DNA of 63,687 bases, filler included, from Octopus bimaculoides (GCF_001194135.2; 11 parts of 8 records of this genome joined end to end with filler, not necessarily neighbours in it); one strand, 5' to 3'. Positions 12,682 to 26,279 are shown, counted from the first letter of the whole stretch. The notes: generated by a model not told the origin, from the sequence alone. Numbers and translations: made by a program.

Positions 12682-13020
12682 AAGAAATGGAAAATCTTTC
12701 AAAATACAAAGACCTGGAAATAGAGGTAACTCGAATGTGGAATCTAAAAACAGAAACAATTCCTATCATAGTAGGTGCCTTAGGTATAATAAAAAAATAT
12801 TCAGACAAATACATAAAAACACCAGGACTTACGAATATATATAACATACAGAACATTGCACTACTGGGCACTGCACACATCCTACGCAAAACACTTTCAA
12901 TACAGTAACCATAAGAGCATCACAACAAACCACAGCACATACCCAAGGCACACAGAGCTGCGCTCGGCAGTGAAGTGAAAGCACGTTATAAAAATAAAAC
13001 TACTGAACAATAATAATAAT
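12682..13020 (+). mobile_element. 3' end of an RLE-type (R4/Dong-like) non-LTR retrotransposon
   Basis: KYKDLEIEVTRMWNLKTETIPIIVGALGII...ALLGTAHILRKTL C-terminal endonuclease region, 3' UTR and (TAA)n tail. Confidence 0.9.
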
Positions 13021-13049
13021 ATGATAGCAAAAACCCTCAAGCACTACTG

Positions 13050-13640
13050 ATATTCAGAAAACACCACCATAGTGTTAATATAAGCAGCAGGTCGCTCCAA
13101 ATGTTGAGCCTGACTATCACGTAGGATATTTCCTGGCAAAAGCACATCCTTAGCATAGTTGCGACCGCATCCCAAAGACGAGCATTTCTCTTTAAGGACA
13201 AGATATTTCAGCTCCCAACAACTCAGCAAAGCTCAAGTGAGGCACAAAATGGAATACTGCTCCCACGTCTGGGTCAGTGCTGAGGCTACACACAGATATT
13301 TTGGATCACATCTAGAGAAAGGTCACTCGGTTGAATGACACTCCATCACTGACGGGTATATTGCAGTCTCTGGTTCACAAGTGTATTGTCCCCTCTTTGT
13401 CTTTTCTATCGCAATTATAATGGCCTCTGCTTCTTGGAGCTGGATGGTCTCGTACCTCCACTACTCACACACCCGCAACCCACTCATCTCTACACTTTTC
13501 ATCATCCTCAGTGCATCTCCTCCTTTTCCTGTACTAACCACTATATCCAATTTTTCATCCCCAGGATGGAACCTCCTACCCGCTCATGTCTTTCATGTAG
13601 GTATTGACTTGAAGCAGTATCAATCTCATCAGCCTCGAAG
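13050..13640 (+). mobile_element. Decayed CR1/L2/Jockey-group LINE, C-terminal RT region
   Basis: KAQVRHKMEYCSHVW...LCLFYRNYNGLCFLELDGLVPP...FFIPR, frameshifted. Confidence 0.75.
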
Positions 13641-14524
13641 GGTCTGCAAGGGTCGTGAGCTCTGCCCTTTTCCACAGACCCAACAAGTAAAATACGAAAA
13701 CGTATCATGTTCGTTATGGATAAAGAAAAGAACTGTCCTTTAGCGTGTAAATCACTCTCGTTTAACAGAAAACATGACAAAATGCCTTGTGAATTTTGTT
13801 GCGTTCTTTAATATTCTGAGTTGAAATCCTACTGGAAGTAGATTTTTGCCACCGAAATTTGGCATCTTTATCAAAAACCAATATTCTTTTAGCGTAAAAT
13901 CTACGCAAATTTACGTAGCAATTGAATTTAGCTGTACCGAGTGCATAAGGAAACAACTCTGAGGAAAAGCGAATGGTTAAGAAATTCGTTTTAGGATCAT
14001 GAGGTACTGAGTGAAATCCCGTTGTACGGTAGCTAGATTGAATGTTTTTTTATCACAAACTCGAGGTAATCTAAACTGAAATTATGCGGAAGCCCGACTG
14101 TTAGACTGTATTTGTCATTCAAATAACCATCTTTGTCATACTGATTCTGTTTCAAGATTACGTTAAAGGTACAAATTTGTGTGGAATAATCAGTCACTTC
14201 ATTATTATTCAACGAATAGGTAGTTCAGTTGATATAACAACATTTTCCATAGTTTAGTCAGAGAAGGGAGGTCAAAAGATCTGTCTTAGTTGAGCCTCTG
14301 AAACTAAGGAAAGAAAGGAAAAATAGATCACCACTCGCTAAACAGGAGATTTCACATATTTTAGTGCGCTGGGAAATTTTATTTTCCTGTGGTGGTGTAG
14401 CCACCTTTGCGCAAGGTCGAAAGTGTTCTCTTTTCAAAAAGTAACTTGTTGATCCCCTTATCATTTTAATTAGGCCAATCTTGGCCTTTGCGTTTGGTAA
14501 AACCAATCACATCATCACAAACAT

Positions 14525-14672
14525 TCTTTTCTACTCTAGGTACAAGGCCCTAAAATTTTAGGGGAGGGGGGCCAGTCGATTGGATCGACCCCAGTACGCA
14601 ACTGGCACTTAATTTATAGACCCTGAAAGGATGAAAAGCAAAGTCGACCTCGGCGGAATTTGAACTCAGAAC
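14525..14672 (-). mobile_element. SINE family B, 5'-truncated
   Basis: ctactctaggtacaaggcc...gatcgaccccagtacgcaactggcact...aaaggatgaaaagcaaagtcgacctcggcggaatttgaactcaga. Confidence 0.8.
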
Positions 14673-14849
14673 ATAAACTTTACAATAAGATGTTACCATA
14701 AATTTAGAAAGACATTCAAATATTTCAGTTCTTTATTATAATAATTTTCCATATATTATATAATAAAGTTAATTCATATATTATATAATAAAGGTTAAAT
14801 ACATTTGATAAATAGATAACTAATTGTGTCGAAAATTATCTAGATTTCT

Positions 14850-15130
14850 AATAATCATAACGTAGAATTCTTACCTTTATTTTTTATTATTTAGTTATCC
14901 AGTGATGTCACCAATAGGTGAATACAAAAATAACCTTTTTTAAAAATTATATTTCTATATATATTTCTAATTGCCATGATGTAGAATTCTTAGTTTTTTT
15001 TTTTTTTATTTTGTTATCCGCTGACGTCACCAATACTTGAATACAAACATGATTTTTCTTAAATACGTTTATTTTTTACTTGCATAAAATATTCTCGTTA
15101 TCTAATGATGTTCACCATTAGTTGAATGAA
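14850..15130. repeat. Three degenerate tandem copies of about 120 bp
   Basis: gtagaattctta...ttatcc(a/g)...tga(t/c)gtcaccaata...tgaatacaaa is present twice, plus a third decayed copy. Confidence 0.55.
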
Positions 15131-16418
15131 ACAATGTCTTGGGTTCAATTCGCTTTAAGTGTTCTTTTTGTTAGCGTCTATATACTGGTAATATTTCAGA
15201 TGTTCAATTTGAATTTCACTAATTTTGGATATCCGTGATAACGTTGTAAAAATATTTTTTCGAGGATATTAATATTCATTTTAATGATATTCTATATATN
15301 NNNNNNNNNNNNNNNNNNNNNNNNNNNNNNNNNNNNNNNNNNNNNNNNNNNNNNNNNNNNNNNNNNNNNNNNNNNNNNNNNNNNNNNNNNNNNNNNNNNN
15401 NNNNNNNNNNNNNNNNNNNNNNNNNNNNNNNNNNNNNNNNNNNNNNNNNNNNNNNNNNNNNNNNNNNNNNNNNNNNNNNNNNNNNNNNNNNNNNNNNNNN
15501 NNNNNNNNNNNNNNNNNNNNNNNNNNNNNNNNNNNNNNNNNNNNNNNNNNNNNNNNNNNNNNNNNNNNNNNNNNNNNNNNNNNNNNNNNNNNNNNNNNNN
15601 NNNNNNNNNNNNNNNNNNNNNNNNNNNNNNNNNNNNNNNNNNNNNNNNNNNNNNNNNNNNNNNNNNNNNNNNNNNNNNNNNNNNNNNNNNNNNNNNNNNN
15701 NNNNNNNNNNNNNNNNNNNNNNTATATATATAATATTGTCAATGTCGCAGGTTTTCTCTCAGAATTTGCTTATCCTAGAGAGTTGTTGTAACAACAACAG
15801 ACGGGTCTCCCACTCCCTGTGGGTGAACCGCGCGTCTAGACACCAGCCTAGTATTTCCATATGTACACATGTACATATATTGTTGGATGGCTGTTGACTG
15901 CTCATGAGCTCTTCTACCCTTTAACAGGTCTTATTTTTCGTCCTATAAGGTGTCCAACGATCACCCTACTTCTTTTCGAGTTTATGTTGTCCATGTACAG
16001 ACAGTGGGATTGGATTTGAGAAAATCCTTTCCCCACTATAAAAAAAAAATCATCATGCACAGGCATCGCTCGAAAAAAAAGTAAGACCTGTCACAAAAAT
16101 GACTGGTGGTAGCCTTCGCAGGTGTGGGACTTTCAATTAGGTGATGGCAATACTCAAACTAGAGTTTGCAGCCATCAAACATGCATGCATGCATGCTTGT
16201 ATGTATGTATGTATGTATGTATGCTAATGCAATAGAAACAATTGTCAGCTTTATAAGGTAAGATCTATAATAAAGATGTAATTTTCTCTATCCGTATTTT
16301 TTGTTGTTATATCTCTGTATCTCTGTATCTATCTATCTATCTATTATTGTCTGGATGTTTTGTGTTCTTGTCCCATTTTAGTATTATATATATATATATA
16401 ATACTAAAATGGGACAAG

Positions 16419-16490
<72 letters not shown>

Positions 16491-16549
16491 GACATATATT
16501 CATATATATATATAATATATATGATATATATACATATATAATATATATA

Positions 16550-16904
16550 CATACTCTTTTACTCTTTTACTTGTTTCAGTCATTTTGACTGTGGCCATGC
16601 TGGAGCACCGCCTTTTTAGTCGAGCAAATCGACCCCAGGACTTATTCTTTGGAAGCCTAGTACTTATTCTATCGTTCTCTTTTGCCGAACCGCTAAGTTA
16701 CGGGGACGTAAACACACCAGCATCGGTTGTCAAGCGATGTTGGGGGGGGGGAACAAACACAGACGCACAAACATATACAAACACATACATATACATATAT
16801 ATACATATATACGACGGGCTTCTTTCAGTTTCCGTCTACCAAATCTGCTCACAAGGCTTTGGTCGGCCCGAGGCTATAGTAGAAGACACTTGCCCAAGAT
16901 GCCA
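16550..16904 (-). mobile_element. SINE family A, near full length; head runs into the gap
   Basis: Near-consensus 3' and 5' halves with an internal (TA/CA) microsatellite. Confidence 0.9.
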
Positions 16905-17411
16905 NNNNNNNNNNNNNNNNNNNNNNNNNNNNNNNNNNNNNNNNNNNNNNNNNNNNNNNNNNNNNNNNNNNNNNNNNNNNNNNNNNNNNNNNNNNNNNNN
17001 NNNNNNNNNNNNNNNNNNNNNNNNNNNNNNNNNNNNNNNNNNNNNNNNNNNNNNNNNNNNNNNNNNNNNNNNNNNNNNNNNNNNNNNNNNNNNNNNNNNN
17101 NNNNNNNNNNNNNNNNNNNNNNNNNNNNNNNNNNNNNNNNNNNNNNNNNNNNNNNNNNNNNNNNNNNNNNNNNNNNNNNNNNNNNNNNNNNNNNNNNNNN
17201 NNNNNNNNNNNNNNNNNNNNNNNNNNNNNNNNNNNNNNNNNNNNNNNNNNNNNNNNNNNNNNNNNNNNNNNNNNNNNNNNNNNNNNNNNNNNNNNNNNNN
17301 NNNNNNNNNNNNNNNNNNNNNNNNNNNNNNNNNNNNNNNNNNNNNNNNNNNNNNNNNNNNNNNNNNNNNNNNNNNNNNNNNNNNNNNNNNNNNNNNNNNN
17401 NNNNNNNNNNN

Positions 17412-17941
17412 CTCTGGTAACTATTAACAAATTTAAATTATCAAAGGTTTTAATAACTGAGATAATATATACATAAACTAATATATTATATAATAATATA
17501 ATATCATTGACCCCTTTATATCTCTATGTAAACAAACCTTCTAACGGTCACTGACCATGTAACATCTCTGCTCGTAAGTTACCTCATCATTTCGTTTTTG
17601 TCTTGCTATTATATGTTTTATTATGAACTCCCTGAAGAGAAATATATGAGGAATCCCAGCAGCTCTTTCTTCTTTGTGAAAGTGCTCTCATTTATTTTGA
17701 AACATGTGTAGGAATTAAAGGAACTTTTATTTATATGCGTTTTGCTCCATTTATTATTATTATCCATATCTTCTCAAAATGTATCACTTCAACTTGGTAT
17801 CTCTACCTGTAAAACGGCTGTGATATCTTGTTTTTTAGTGTAATTTTGCTACCTCTGGTAACTATTAACAAATTTAAATTATCAAAGGTTTTAATAACTG
17901 AGATAATATATACATAAACTAATATATTATATAATAATATA
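17412..17941 (+). mobile_element. 441-bp hammerhead-containing unit plus an 89-bp identical restart (retrozyme- or Penelope pLTR-like)
   Basis: 17412-17500 is identical to 17853-17941; one hammerhead motif per unit. Confidence 0.6.
17626..17716 (+). ncRNA. Type I hammerhead ribozyme motif, predicted cleavage after GUA at 17710
   Basis: Stem I AACTCC/GGAATT (5 of 6 pairs); CTGAAGA 17632-38; stem II GAAATATATGAG/CTCATTTATTTT (11 of 12 pairs); GAAA 17699-702; stem III AC/GT with ATGT loop; GTA 17708-10. Confidence 0.75.
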
Positions 17942-18862
17942 TATTATATATAGTGTGTATATAAGCTTGTGTGTATATAAGCTTGTGTGTGCGCGTGCGC
18001 ACGTACACACTGTGAGAGGTAATTAGCAGATCGATCGATAGATCGATCGATAGATAGATAGATAGATAGACAAAGAGGTTCGCGTAAGCGTTAAAAATAT
18101 ATTGTGAACGAGGGATTTGTATTTAAAATAGAAACAGCTGGTGTAGCTGGCAAGCACCGTTGTTTGTAAACCTAAGTGTTTCTGCTACATTGCGGCATCA
18201 AACTCGTTAACGGAAAACATCTACACGCACGCACGCACACACAGAGTCATACATATATATATGTAAACATTCATACATTGAAACTAATCAGCTATCGGCA
18301 GAGACATGAAGGGACCATCAATAAACGTTACAAAAGCTCTTTCCCAGGAAAATACAGATTCATTTTAGAGAAAAATCTGGGCTGAGGCGAAATTGCTTGA
18401 AGAAATCTGGAGCAAATATTTTCTCCGTTTTAAAACAAATGCATCCAGATCATTAGCAAAACTTCAGACTGTAATCCCAAACCTTCTGGATAGGAAAGAA
18501 CCAAGAAGGGGCGTCGGTTGTTCGATACTGGAACAAAAATTTCACATTTTTAGGTAGTTTCTTATTGATCTTTACGAAGAAGCTCTCATTGAAGACATCA
18601 ACATACTAAGCAGGTTTGCAAACTGTTACTTAAAATCAATGCCATTTACATAGCGAAAACTTACTGACCAATTGTGTGCGAGAAACTCATGTTTAAAATG
18701 TATGCAACCTGTCTGACCTCCAAGGTCACTGTGTAAGTAATAATATCACATTTGAACAACCACATAGGAAAGCAAGAAGACTAGATCAAAACTGTGATAT
18801 CAGAGGTGCGGTTTTTTTGGCTGGTTTGCAAGAAAGCATTCAGCTCTGTTCCTTACTTTTAG

Positions 18863-18883
18863 GTCTTAGAGTCTTTCGAATCG
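18863..18883 (+). CDS. Candidate 21-nt microexon (G)LRVFRI(x), phase 1-1
   Basis: ctctgttccttacttttag|GTCTTAGAGTCTTTCGAATCG|gtaaag; joins 5344 to give SDFVIKINGLRVFRI. Confidence 0.5.
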
Positions 18884-19017
18884 GTAAAGTTCAAGTTGCA
18901 ATTATTAAGGCTATAGACAACCTGATTTCGTTCTGAGACATCTTTCTGAAACCAAATACAGGAAATAGTTCTATTCTCACTGGCAGGAAACAGTATTGCA
19001 GCGGTACATTTCGAGGG

Positions 19018-19105
<88 letters not shown>

Positions 19106-19998
19106 ACTCTCTCTATCCATCTATCTCCCTCTCTCTATGATATTGCCCACTAAAGCTATTTCCCTTGGTGATTTAAATTTTAACAATATTAATTATTGTT
19201 CTTTAGCCCCAGATCATCCCTATGATTAATCAAGCTTGCGACCGAAGGCTTTCTGCCGTGGAGTCACTAACTGTTGTTATTATTGGTGTTGTTTAGATTG
19301 AAGTTAACTCTCTTCATGAGAGGGTGAATTAACTCTTTGACCAAACACGTTCCATGTGACCATCCCATTTTTATATCAGTATATCAGTGACACAATGACT
19401 AATGTATCTATTACATAGATGTTGACGAGTGATTTGTCGGATATTTCGTCCATATTTCTATCAGGTCGAGGTGACCGTATACCACTAGATTTTTAGGATT
19501 CTTACCTATTTTCTGTGATTCCAGACAAAAAAATGGTGCACTCTGATTTTTGCATATGTTTATCGTATTTTATCCACGAGTATGTTGAAACAAAAAGTAT
19601 GCAGTTTATAATAAAAATAATAATTACAACAACGACAACAACAATAACAATAATGTATTTGTGTGTGTTGCAAATATATATATAGGACTATATATGTACA
19701 CAATTACACACACACATACATGCGGGTGTATCGAGTATCTGTAAATGTACACTATTTATGCAACTCTTGTACACACGCACCACGCACACACATATAAGAG
19801 TGTGTATATGCATATGGATGTATTTATATCACGTGCGCGTGCGCGCGCACACACACAGGGTGTGTATGAAGTGTGTTAATGGGGTGTATCTGAAATGTTC
19901 TGAGGGTACCCTACTGTGTGGATGTTTCAGATTCAATGTAAGACAAACACGATGGCGTTGGCAGCAAGAAGCAGCAGCAATGTAGTAGTAGTAGTAGC

Positions 19999-20052
<54 letters not shown>

Positions 20053-20329
20053 TGTAGTAGTAGTAGTAGTGGTGGTGGTGGTTTAATAGTATCTTTGTTC
20101 AACTATTTTGTTATAGTTGCTTAGTCTGGAGTAAGGGGCAGAGTCCTTGACCCTTACTGATCCTCCGAGACCGGTGAACTTGATCTCTTGGAATGACAGA
20201 GAGTGATCATGTCTCGAGGAATGCATTCATGCATATATACATACTTACAAACACATGCATGCAGATAATAACTTATCAAAAATGCTATGAGGATGAAAAT
20301 AAAACTTTTTTCTATAATGTTATTCAATA

Positions 20330-21085
20330 AAGCCACCTTCAGCTTCAACAACTGCTTCTATATGAGATCTAAATTATCTACATGCTCGAATCAAGTGGTC
20401 CTGGTTCATATTGGACATTACTCTGACTATGGAAGCTTTCAAAGAATCTTTGGTGTTATGGGCGTGTTCATTGACCTGTCTCTCAACAACGCTCCACACG
20501 CAATAGTCCAATGGATTGAGATCTGGTGAATCAGGAGACCAAATGTTAAGGGTTATGTGATCATGAACATTTTCAGGCATCCATCAGAGTCTTGCTGAAA
20601 TACATATGGCCTTCTGTTTCGTACACTCTCTATCCAAGCCTTAACAACTATTTCCAGAACCTCAATGTAGGCGGCAGAGTTAACTCTAAGGCCTTGTGGA
20701 AAGAAGTAAGGAGGCATCACATGTCCTTCGTTGCTGACAGCTCCTAAAACGATGACAGTTGCAGGAAATGCTATATGCATAACGCTTGGAACTTCAGAAG
20801 GCTCTGCACATAACCATCTGTCATTTCTTCTGATAATTTCTTGATTTTGGTCGAAGTTTTTCTCGTCTGAGAAAAACCAAATCAAATTAAATTTTCTTCT
20901 GTTGGATTTTCCAGTTTGTTTAAGAGCCTTTTAGATCTGATGTAGTGGTTTTCTTTTGCTTTTTCTGACTTAAATTGACCTTTGGAGATCTTTTGCAATT
21001 GGCCTCATGGATTTTCTGGGATTGTAATCAATAGTCTGTTGAACTTTCTGGATAAATTCAGGTGTTCTGATGATTTCAAAACGTT
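20330..21085 (-). mobile_element. Decayed Tc1/mariner transposase, DD37D (maT)-like
   Basis: WFFSDEKNFDQ, YVFQQDS and IWSPDSPDLNPLDYCVW motifs; deletions and frameshifts (D-D spacing inferred, not countable); 3' end fragment also at 38545-38585. Confidence 0.9.
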
Positions 21086-21094
21086 TAGAATGTT

Positions 21095-21497
21095 TAAAGG
21101 GGTTTAGTCGAAGAAATCGACCTCAGGACATATTTTTTGTAAGCCTAGTGCTTATTCTATTGGTCTCTTTTGCCGAACCACTAAGTTAGGGGGAAACAAA
21201 CACCAGCATCAGTTGTTAAGTGATGGCTGGAGGACAAATGCAGACACATGCACATAGATTTATAAACACACACACACACACAAACACACACACGCACACA
21301 CATACACACACACACACACACAAAAAAAAAAAAAAATGCGTCAGGCTTTTTTCAGTTTCCATCTACCAAATCCACTCACAAGGCTTTGCTCGAGCCGAGG
21401 CTACAGTAGAAGACACTTGCTCAAGGTGTCACGCAGTGTGACTGAACTCGGAACCATGTCGTTGGGAAGCAACCTTCTTACCACACAACCACGCCGT
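21095..21497 (-). mobile_element. SINE family A, full length
   Basis: Both halves present with an internal (CA)n/poly-A spacer. Confidence 0.85.
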
Positions 21498-21823
21498 ACA
21501 TGTAATATAGATATAGGTGATATGTATATGTGTGTGGAGGGTGTATGTGCGTGTGTGTGTGTGTGCTTGCGTATACTTTTGTAGAGATCGAATATCTCAT
21601 TAGGGTAGTAATTTCGATGAATTAGAAGTTATTTTGGGGCTCACAACATTAAACACGTTAATCCTTACATATCTCTTATGTTCTATGACCCCTCCTCTTC
21701 GTGCTCCCACCTCGAATTATACACAAACACCCATATTTCGAGGTTTGCTTGAGTATTTCTTCCACTTTCTCATTCTCTCATCCTCCTCAACCACTCCTTC
21801 CTCTCTGTCTGTCTGTCTGTCTG

Positions 21824-21905
<82 letters not shown>

Positions 21906-22353
21906 ATCCTCTTCTTCCACTCTTTCTTATTCTGTTTTAGGTACTTTTATATTTTTTTTAGAAATATATTTACTTGTTTGTTTACTATTTTAGTTTCTTT
22001 GATGTTTCCTTTAGGTCTCTCTTCTCCTTGTTACTGATTTATTATTTGCATCCGTTTGTACACAAACGCACACAAACAAGGCGTAAGTGTGTGTGTGTGT
22101 GTGAATGTATACATGTAGGTATGTATGTATATGTATGTGTGTGTGTGTATATATATAAATACACACACACACACAAATACACACACACACACACATACAC
22201 ACACACACACATACACACACACACACACACAGTATTGAGCACATTTTCAGACGTAAGCAGTCTCCGTTTCCCAGTGATAAAACGCCAGTTATATTTGTTT
22301 GCATCTTTCTGGTTAACGTGTGAATGTATGGTTGTGTACACACACACACACAC

Positions 22354-22415
<62 letters not shown>

Positions 22416-22436
22416 TCACACACACANNNNNNNNNN

Positions 22437-22479
<43 letters not shown>

Positions 22480-22638
22480 TCACACACACACATACACACA
22501 CACGCAATCACATTTTCCCGTATGCAGAAACATAAGTACAAACATACGCGCGCAAACACGCCTACATACACACATACACATATATGCACGCATACATATA
22601 TACACCTCGCTCCCCCATCTCATCCACTTACTAACAAA

Positions 22639-22723
<85 letters not shown>

Positions 22724-22854
22724 AAGAAGAAGAAGAAGAAGAAGAAGAAGAAGAAGAAGAAGAAGAAGAAGAAGAAGACGCAGCGGATCGGTGGGGAAGT
22801 GGATTAGATGTTATAGTGTAAAAACAGAGAAAGATATAAAGAGAAAGGGAAAGA

Positions 22855-22930
<76 letters not shown>

Positions 22931-23192
22931 TGAGGGTAAAATACTGGCATTTCGCCTTCTGAAGCCAGACCAAACATCGCGGCATGCGAGCAGCAGACGA
23001 CAGAGCAAAGCTGAAGGCAGCGCCTGTCCTAACCATTACTGATAAATGTGCCCACAGAGGTATAACTTTTCAATCGGTTTCACTGATTTGTTGAAGATAT
23101 AGATAGGCAGGCATACAGCCTATGTATGTAGGGGTGTGTGTAGGCATAGGACAAATGCTACGTACAAACGTATGTTTCTGTTTATGTATCTA

Positions 23193-23228
<36 letters not shown>

Positions 23229-23821
23229 TAAGATTCTGTGCGTTTGTACGACTGTGTGTCTGTGCCTGTGTATGTTTTTCTCTGCATGTATACGTACATG
23301 AGTGTATATGTGGTTATGAACACACACACGAGCGCGCGTTTGGGACTACAAATGAGAAAAATAGTACTCAATACATATAAAATGTAATACTTATTCAGGT
23401 ATAGTGTTTTAGTGCTAATACTTAATAAGTCGGTGACTCGGATTACGAAGCAGTGTTTGTAACAATCTCAAACTAAAAAACAACCTTCGGAAAGATATCT
23501 ACAAAAAAGCCACCGAACTTTTTCGAAAATATATTGATTATTCAGAATAGAATCACATTTGTGTTTTTTAAGATTGTTCCCTTCTCTGTTGATACATCAT
23601 CCCCAACGTTTACTGAAATAGATGATCCTTCAAATAAGATTTCAAATATGGAAAAGAAAAATTTAGAGACTTAATATGGACAGTAAGACAGGAAGTATGG
23701 ATGGGAATTGTGTGGAAACTTGCAAAAGTGTTATTCATCAGGTGAAGGTGCAAAAATCGAAAGGGACACGTGCGCGCGCGCGCACGTACGTACGGATGCA
23801 TGTATGTACGTATGCCTCTTC

Positions 23822-24800
23822 TATTTTTTTTATTTATCATAAATCTTCCACTGAGGAGGGAGCCGGTTTCCAACAAAGATACAGGGTTCCATCTTTGGGA
23901 TGTAGTTAACACAGACAAATTCACATTTGGAACTTGAGAAATCTTGCATGTTTTTACTGTTCCATTCACAGATTGCACTTGTAATGTACGAATTATCCGG
24001 TCGATTTCTCACTTTCTGAAAATCCCAGTTTATCCAGATTCTACTTTAAGCATTTACTAACAAAACCTAGTGCTCCAATTATTATTGGTATGAATATGAA
24101 TTCATAGTCTGGATATAGAAGCTGGAGGTTTCAAAGCAGTTGTCCATAGATATCGTCTTTTTCTTTGATTTGCAAAGAGATATTTATATCTGCAGGACAG
24201 CCGACATTTATGATGGTACATACCTTTGCCCCTCTGTCCCAAACAACAATATCCAGCCTGTTATGATTACATTTGACAGAAGTTTTGATGGGGATATTCC
24301 ACCAGTATTCCCTGAGTTGGTGTTAATGAATGTATTCTATAACAAAGGGATTTTCTAAGTCTATTTCAGGACAATCTTTTGGTTTGTTTACATTATTTTT
24401 TACGCCGCTTCTGGCAAATTTTGGTCTATTCTCAGTGTTTTGGGAGGATCGAGGACCAGTTGATTTGTTCTTTTACAAAAAGATGCTTGTTCTCGGAGGT
24501 GTTTCACCGTGAAGGTATTTAAGTTAGGATGAGCTTCGTCCCAGTATTGTTTGAAGGATCATCTCGGGCTTTTTCATAGCACCGAAGTAAATCTTGGTTT
24601 AGTTGTTGAGTCCAAGTAAAATGAGAAGAGTCCTTACGTCTTTTTAAATAACTTACTGGGGAAGTAGTTCTGTTTTCATCGGTGGTGACATCGTTAGTTT
24701 CATCTGTGGTGGTGTTAGTTTCAGCCATAATCGTGTTAGAGAGATTCCACGTGGTGTAGATGTGTATTTTGAAATCTGTTCAGGATAACGCTACGATGGA
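23822..24800 (-). mobile_element. Internally deleted RLE-type non-LTR retrotransposon (N-terminus fused to endonuclease C-terminus)
   Basis: FTWTQQLNQDLLRCYEKARDDP...QYWDEAHPNLNTFTVKHLREQA, then EYWWNIPIKTSVKCNHNRLDIVVWD...YPDYEFIFIPIIIGALGFV...VQSVNGTVKTCK; A-rich tail at 23822-38. Confidence 0.8.
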
Positions 24801-24996
24801 GAGAAAAAGGTGTTTCTCTTATTAATTATTGGAGAAATAAACCAGTTACCGATTTAGGCTGGAGAAGTCGGCATATTTCTTGAGGATGGCATTCAACACG
24901 GAATTTTTAAACGGTCCTCTACGCTTGAACGTCCGATGTTGGCGGCACCATGTATGTATGTATGTATGTATGTATGTATGTGCACACATATATATT

Positions 24997-25240
24997 CTTT
25001 TACTTGCTTCAGTCATTTGACTGCGGCTTTGCTGGAGCACCGACTTAAAGGGTTTCAGTCGAAGAAATTGAACCCATGAATTATTCTTTGTAAGCCTAGT
25101 ACTTATTCTATCGGTCTCTTTTGCCGAACTGATACGTTTCAGGGACATAAACACACCAGCGTCGGTTGTCAAGCGATGGCAGGGGGAGACAGACAAACAC
25201 ACACACACATAAATACATACATATATATACATATGTGTGT

Positions 25241-25334
<94 letters not shown>

Positions 25335-25495
25335 CAGGCTTCCTTTAGTGTCCATCTACCAAATCCATTCACAAGGCTTTGATCAGCCTAAGGCTACAGT
25401 AGAAAACACTCGTCTGCGGTGCCACACAGTAAGACTGAACCCGGAACTATGTGATTGGGAAGCGAGCTTCTTACCACACAGCCACGCCAGTGCGT
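24997..25495 (-). mobile_element. SINE family A, full length
   Basis: Both halves present with an internal (TG)n of about 100 bp. Confidence 0.85.
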
Positions 25496-25769
25496 ACCTT
25501 GGCCAAGTATCTTTGGCATGCATACATGCATGCATGCATGTATGTATGTATGTATGTATGTATCTATGCATGCATGTATGTATGTATGTATGTATGTATG
25601 TATGCATGCATGTATGTATGTATGTATGTACGTATGTATGTATGCATAACTGCATTCGTGTGTTTTTGTATGTATTTGTGTATATGTAATGCCTTTTCTA
25701 TTTTAAAATCTTTGAAATCTTTTACACCAATTATTATTCGTATAAATATGAATATATAATCTGGATATT

Positions 25770-26010
25770 AGAAGCTTAAGGTTTCGAAGCCATTGTCCGT
25801 GGTTATTCTCCTCTTCGATTTTGAAAGAGATATCCTTATCATCAGAGTAACTGATCTCTCTGTCCGAAACAACGATATCTGTTTGTTATGTTTGCACTTT
25901 GTAGAAGTTTTGATTGGAACGTTCCACCAATATTCCTTGTATTGATGTTTATAAATATTTTCAATAACAGGAGAATACACTAATATTTATTCCAGAACTG
26001 TCTTTGTTTC
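25770..26010 (-). mobile_element. Second C-terminal fragment of the same RLE retrotransposon family
   Basis: KEYWWNVPIKTSTKCKHNK, matching the 24200-24320 region. Confidence 0.75.
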
Positions 26011-26024
26011 CCGATTGCATTGTA

Positions 26025-26279
26025 CAGGGTTGGCCAAAAGTCACCCGAGAGTAAATCAAAAGTCACTCAGCAGTAAATTAAAATTCCATAAATACTATCT
26101 ATAATTCTGTATTGACTCGAATGAAAAAATGTGTCGCTCAAGAAGGACTTCAGTTTGAACAATTTTCATGATGTTTCATATTTAGATGTTTTTATAAAAT
26201 TCTTTCAGTTGTTAAACATAAATAGATCTTGGAATTAGATGGTTTTGATTTACTGTAAGATGACTTTTGACCAAACCTG
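26025..26279. mobile_element. Tc1/mariner-type MITE, 255 bp
   Basis: TIRs CAGGGTTGGCCAAAAGTCA / TGACTTTTGACCAAACCTG (17 of 19), extending to agtaaatcaaaa; flanking TA on both sides. Confidence 0.8.
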
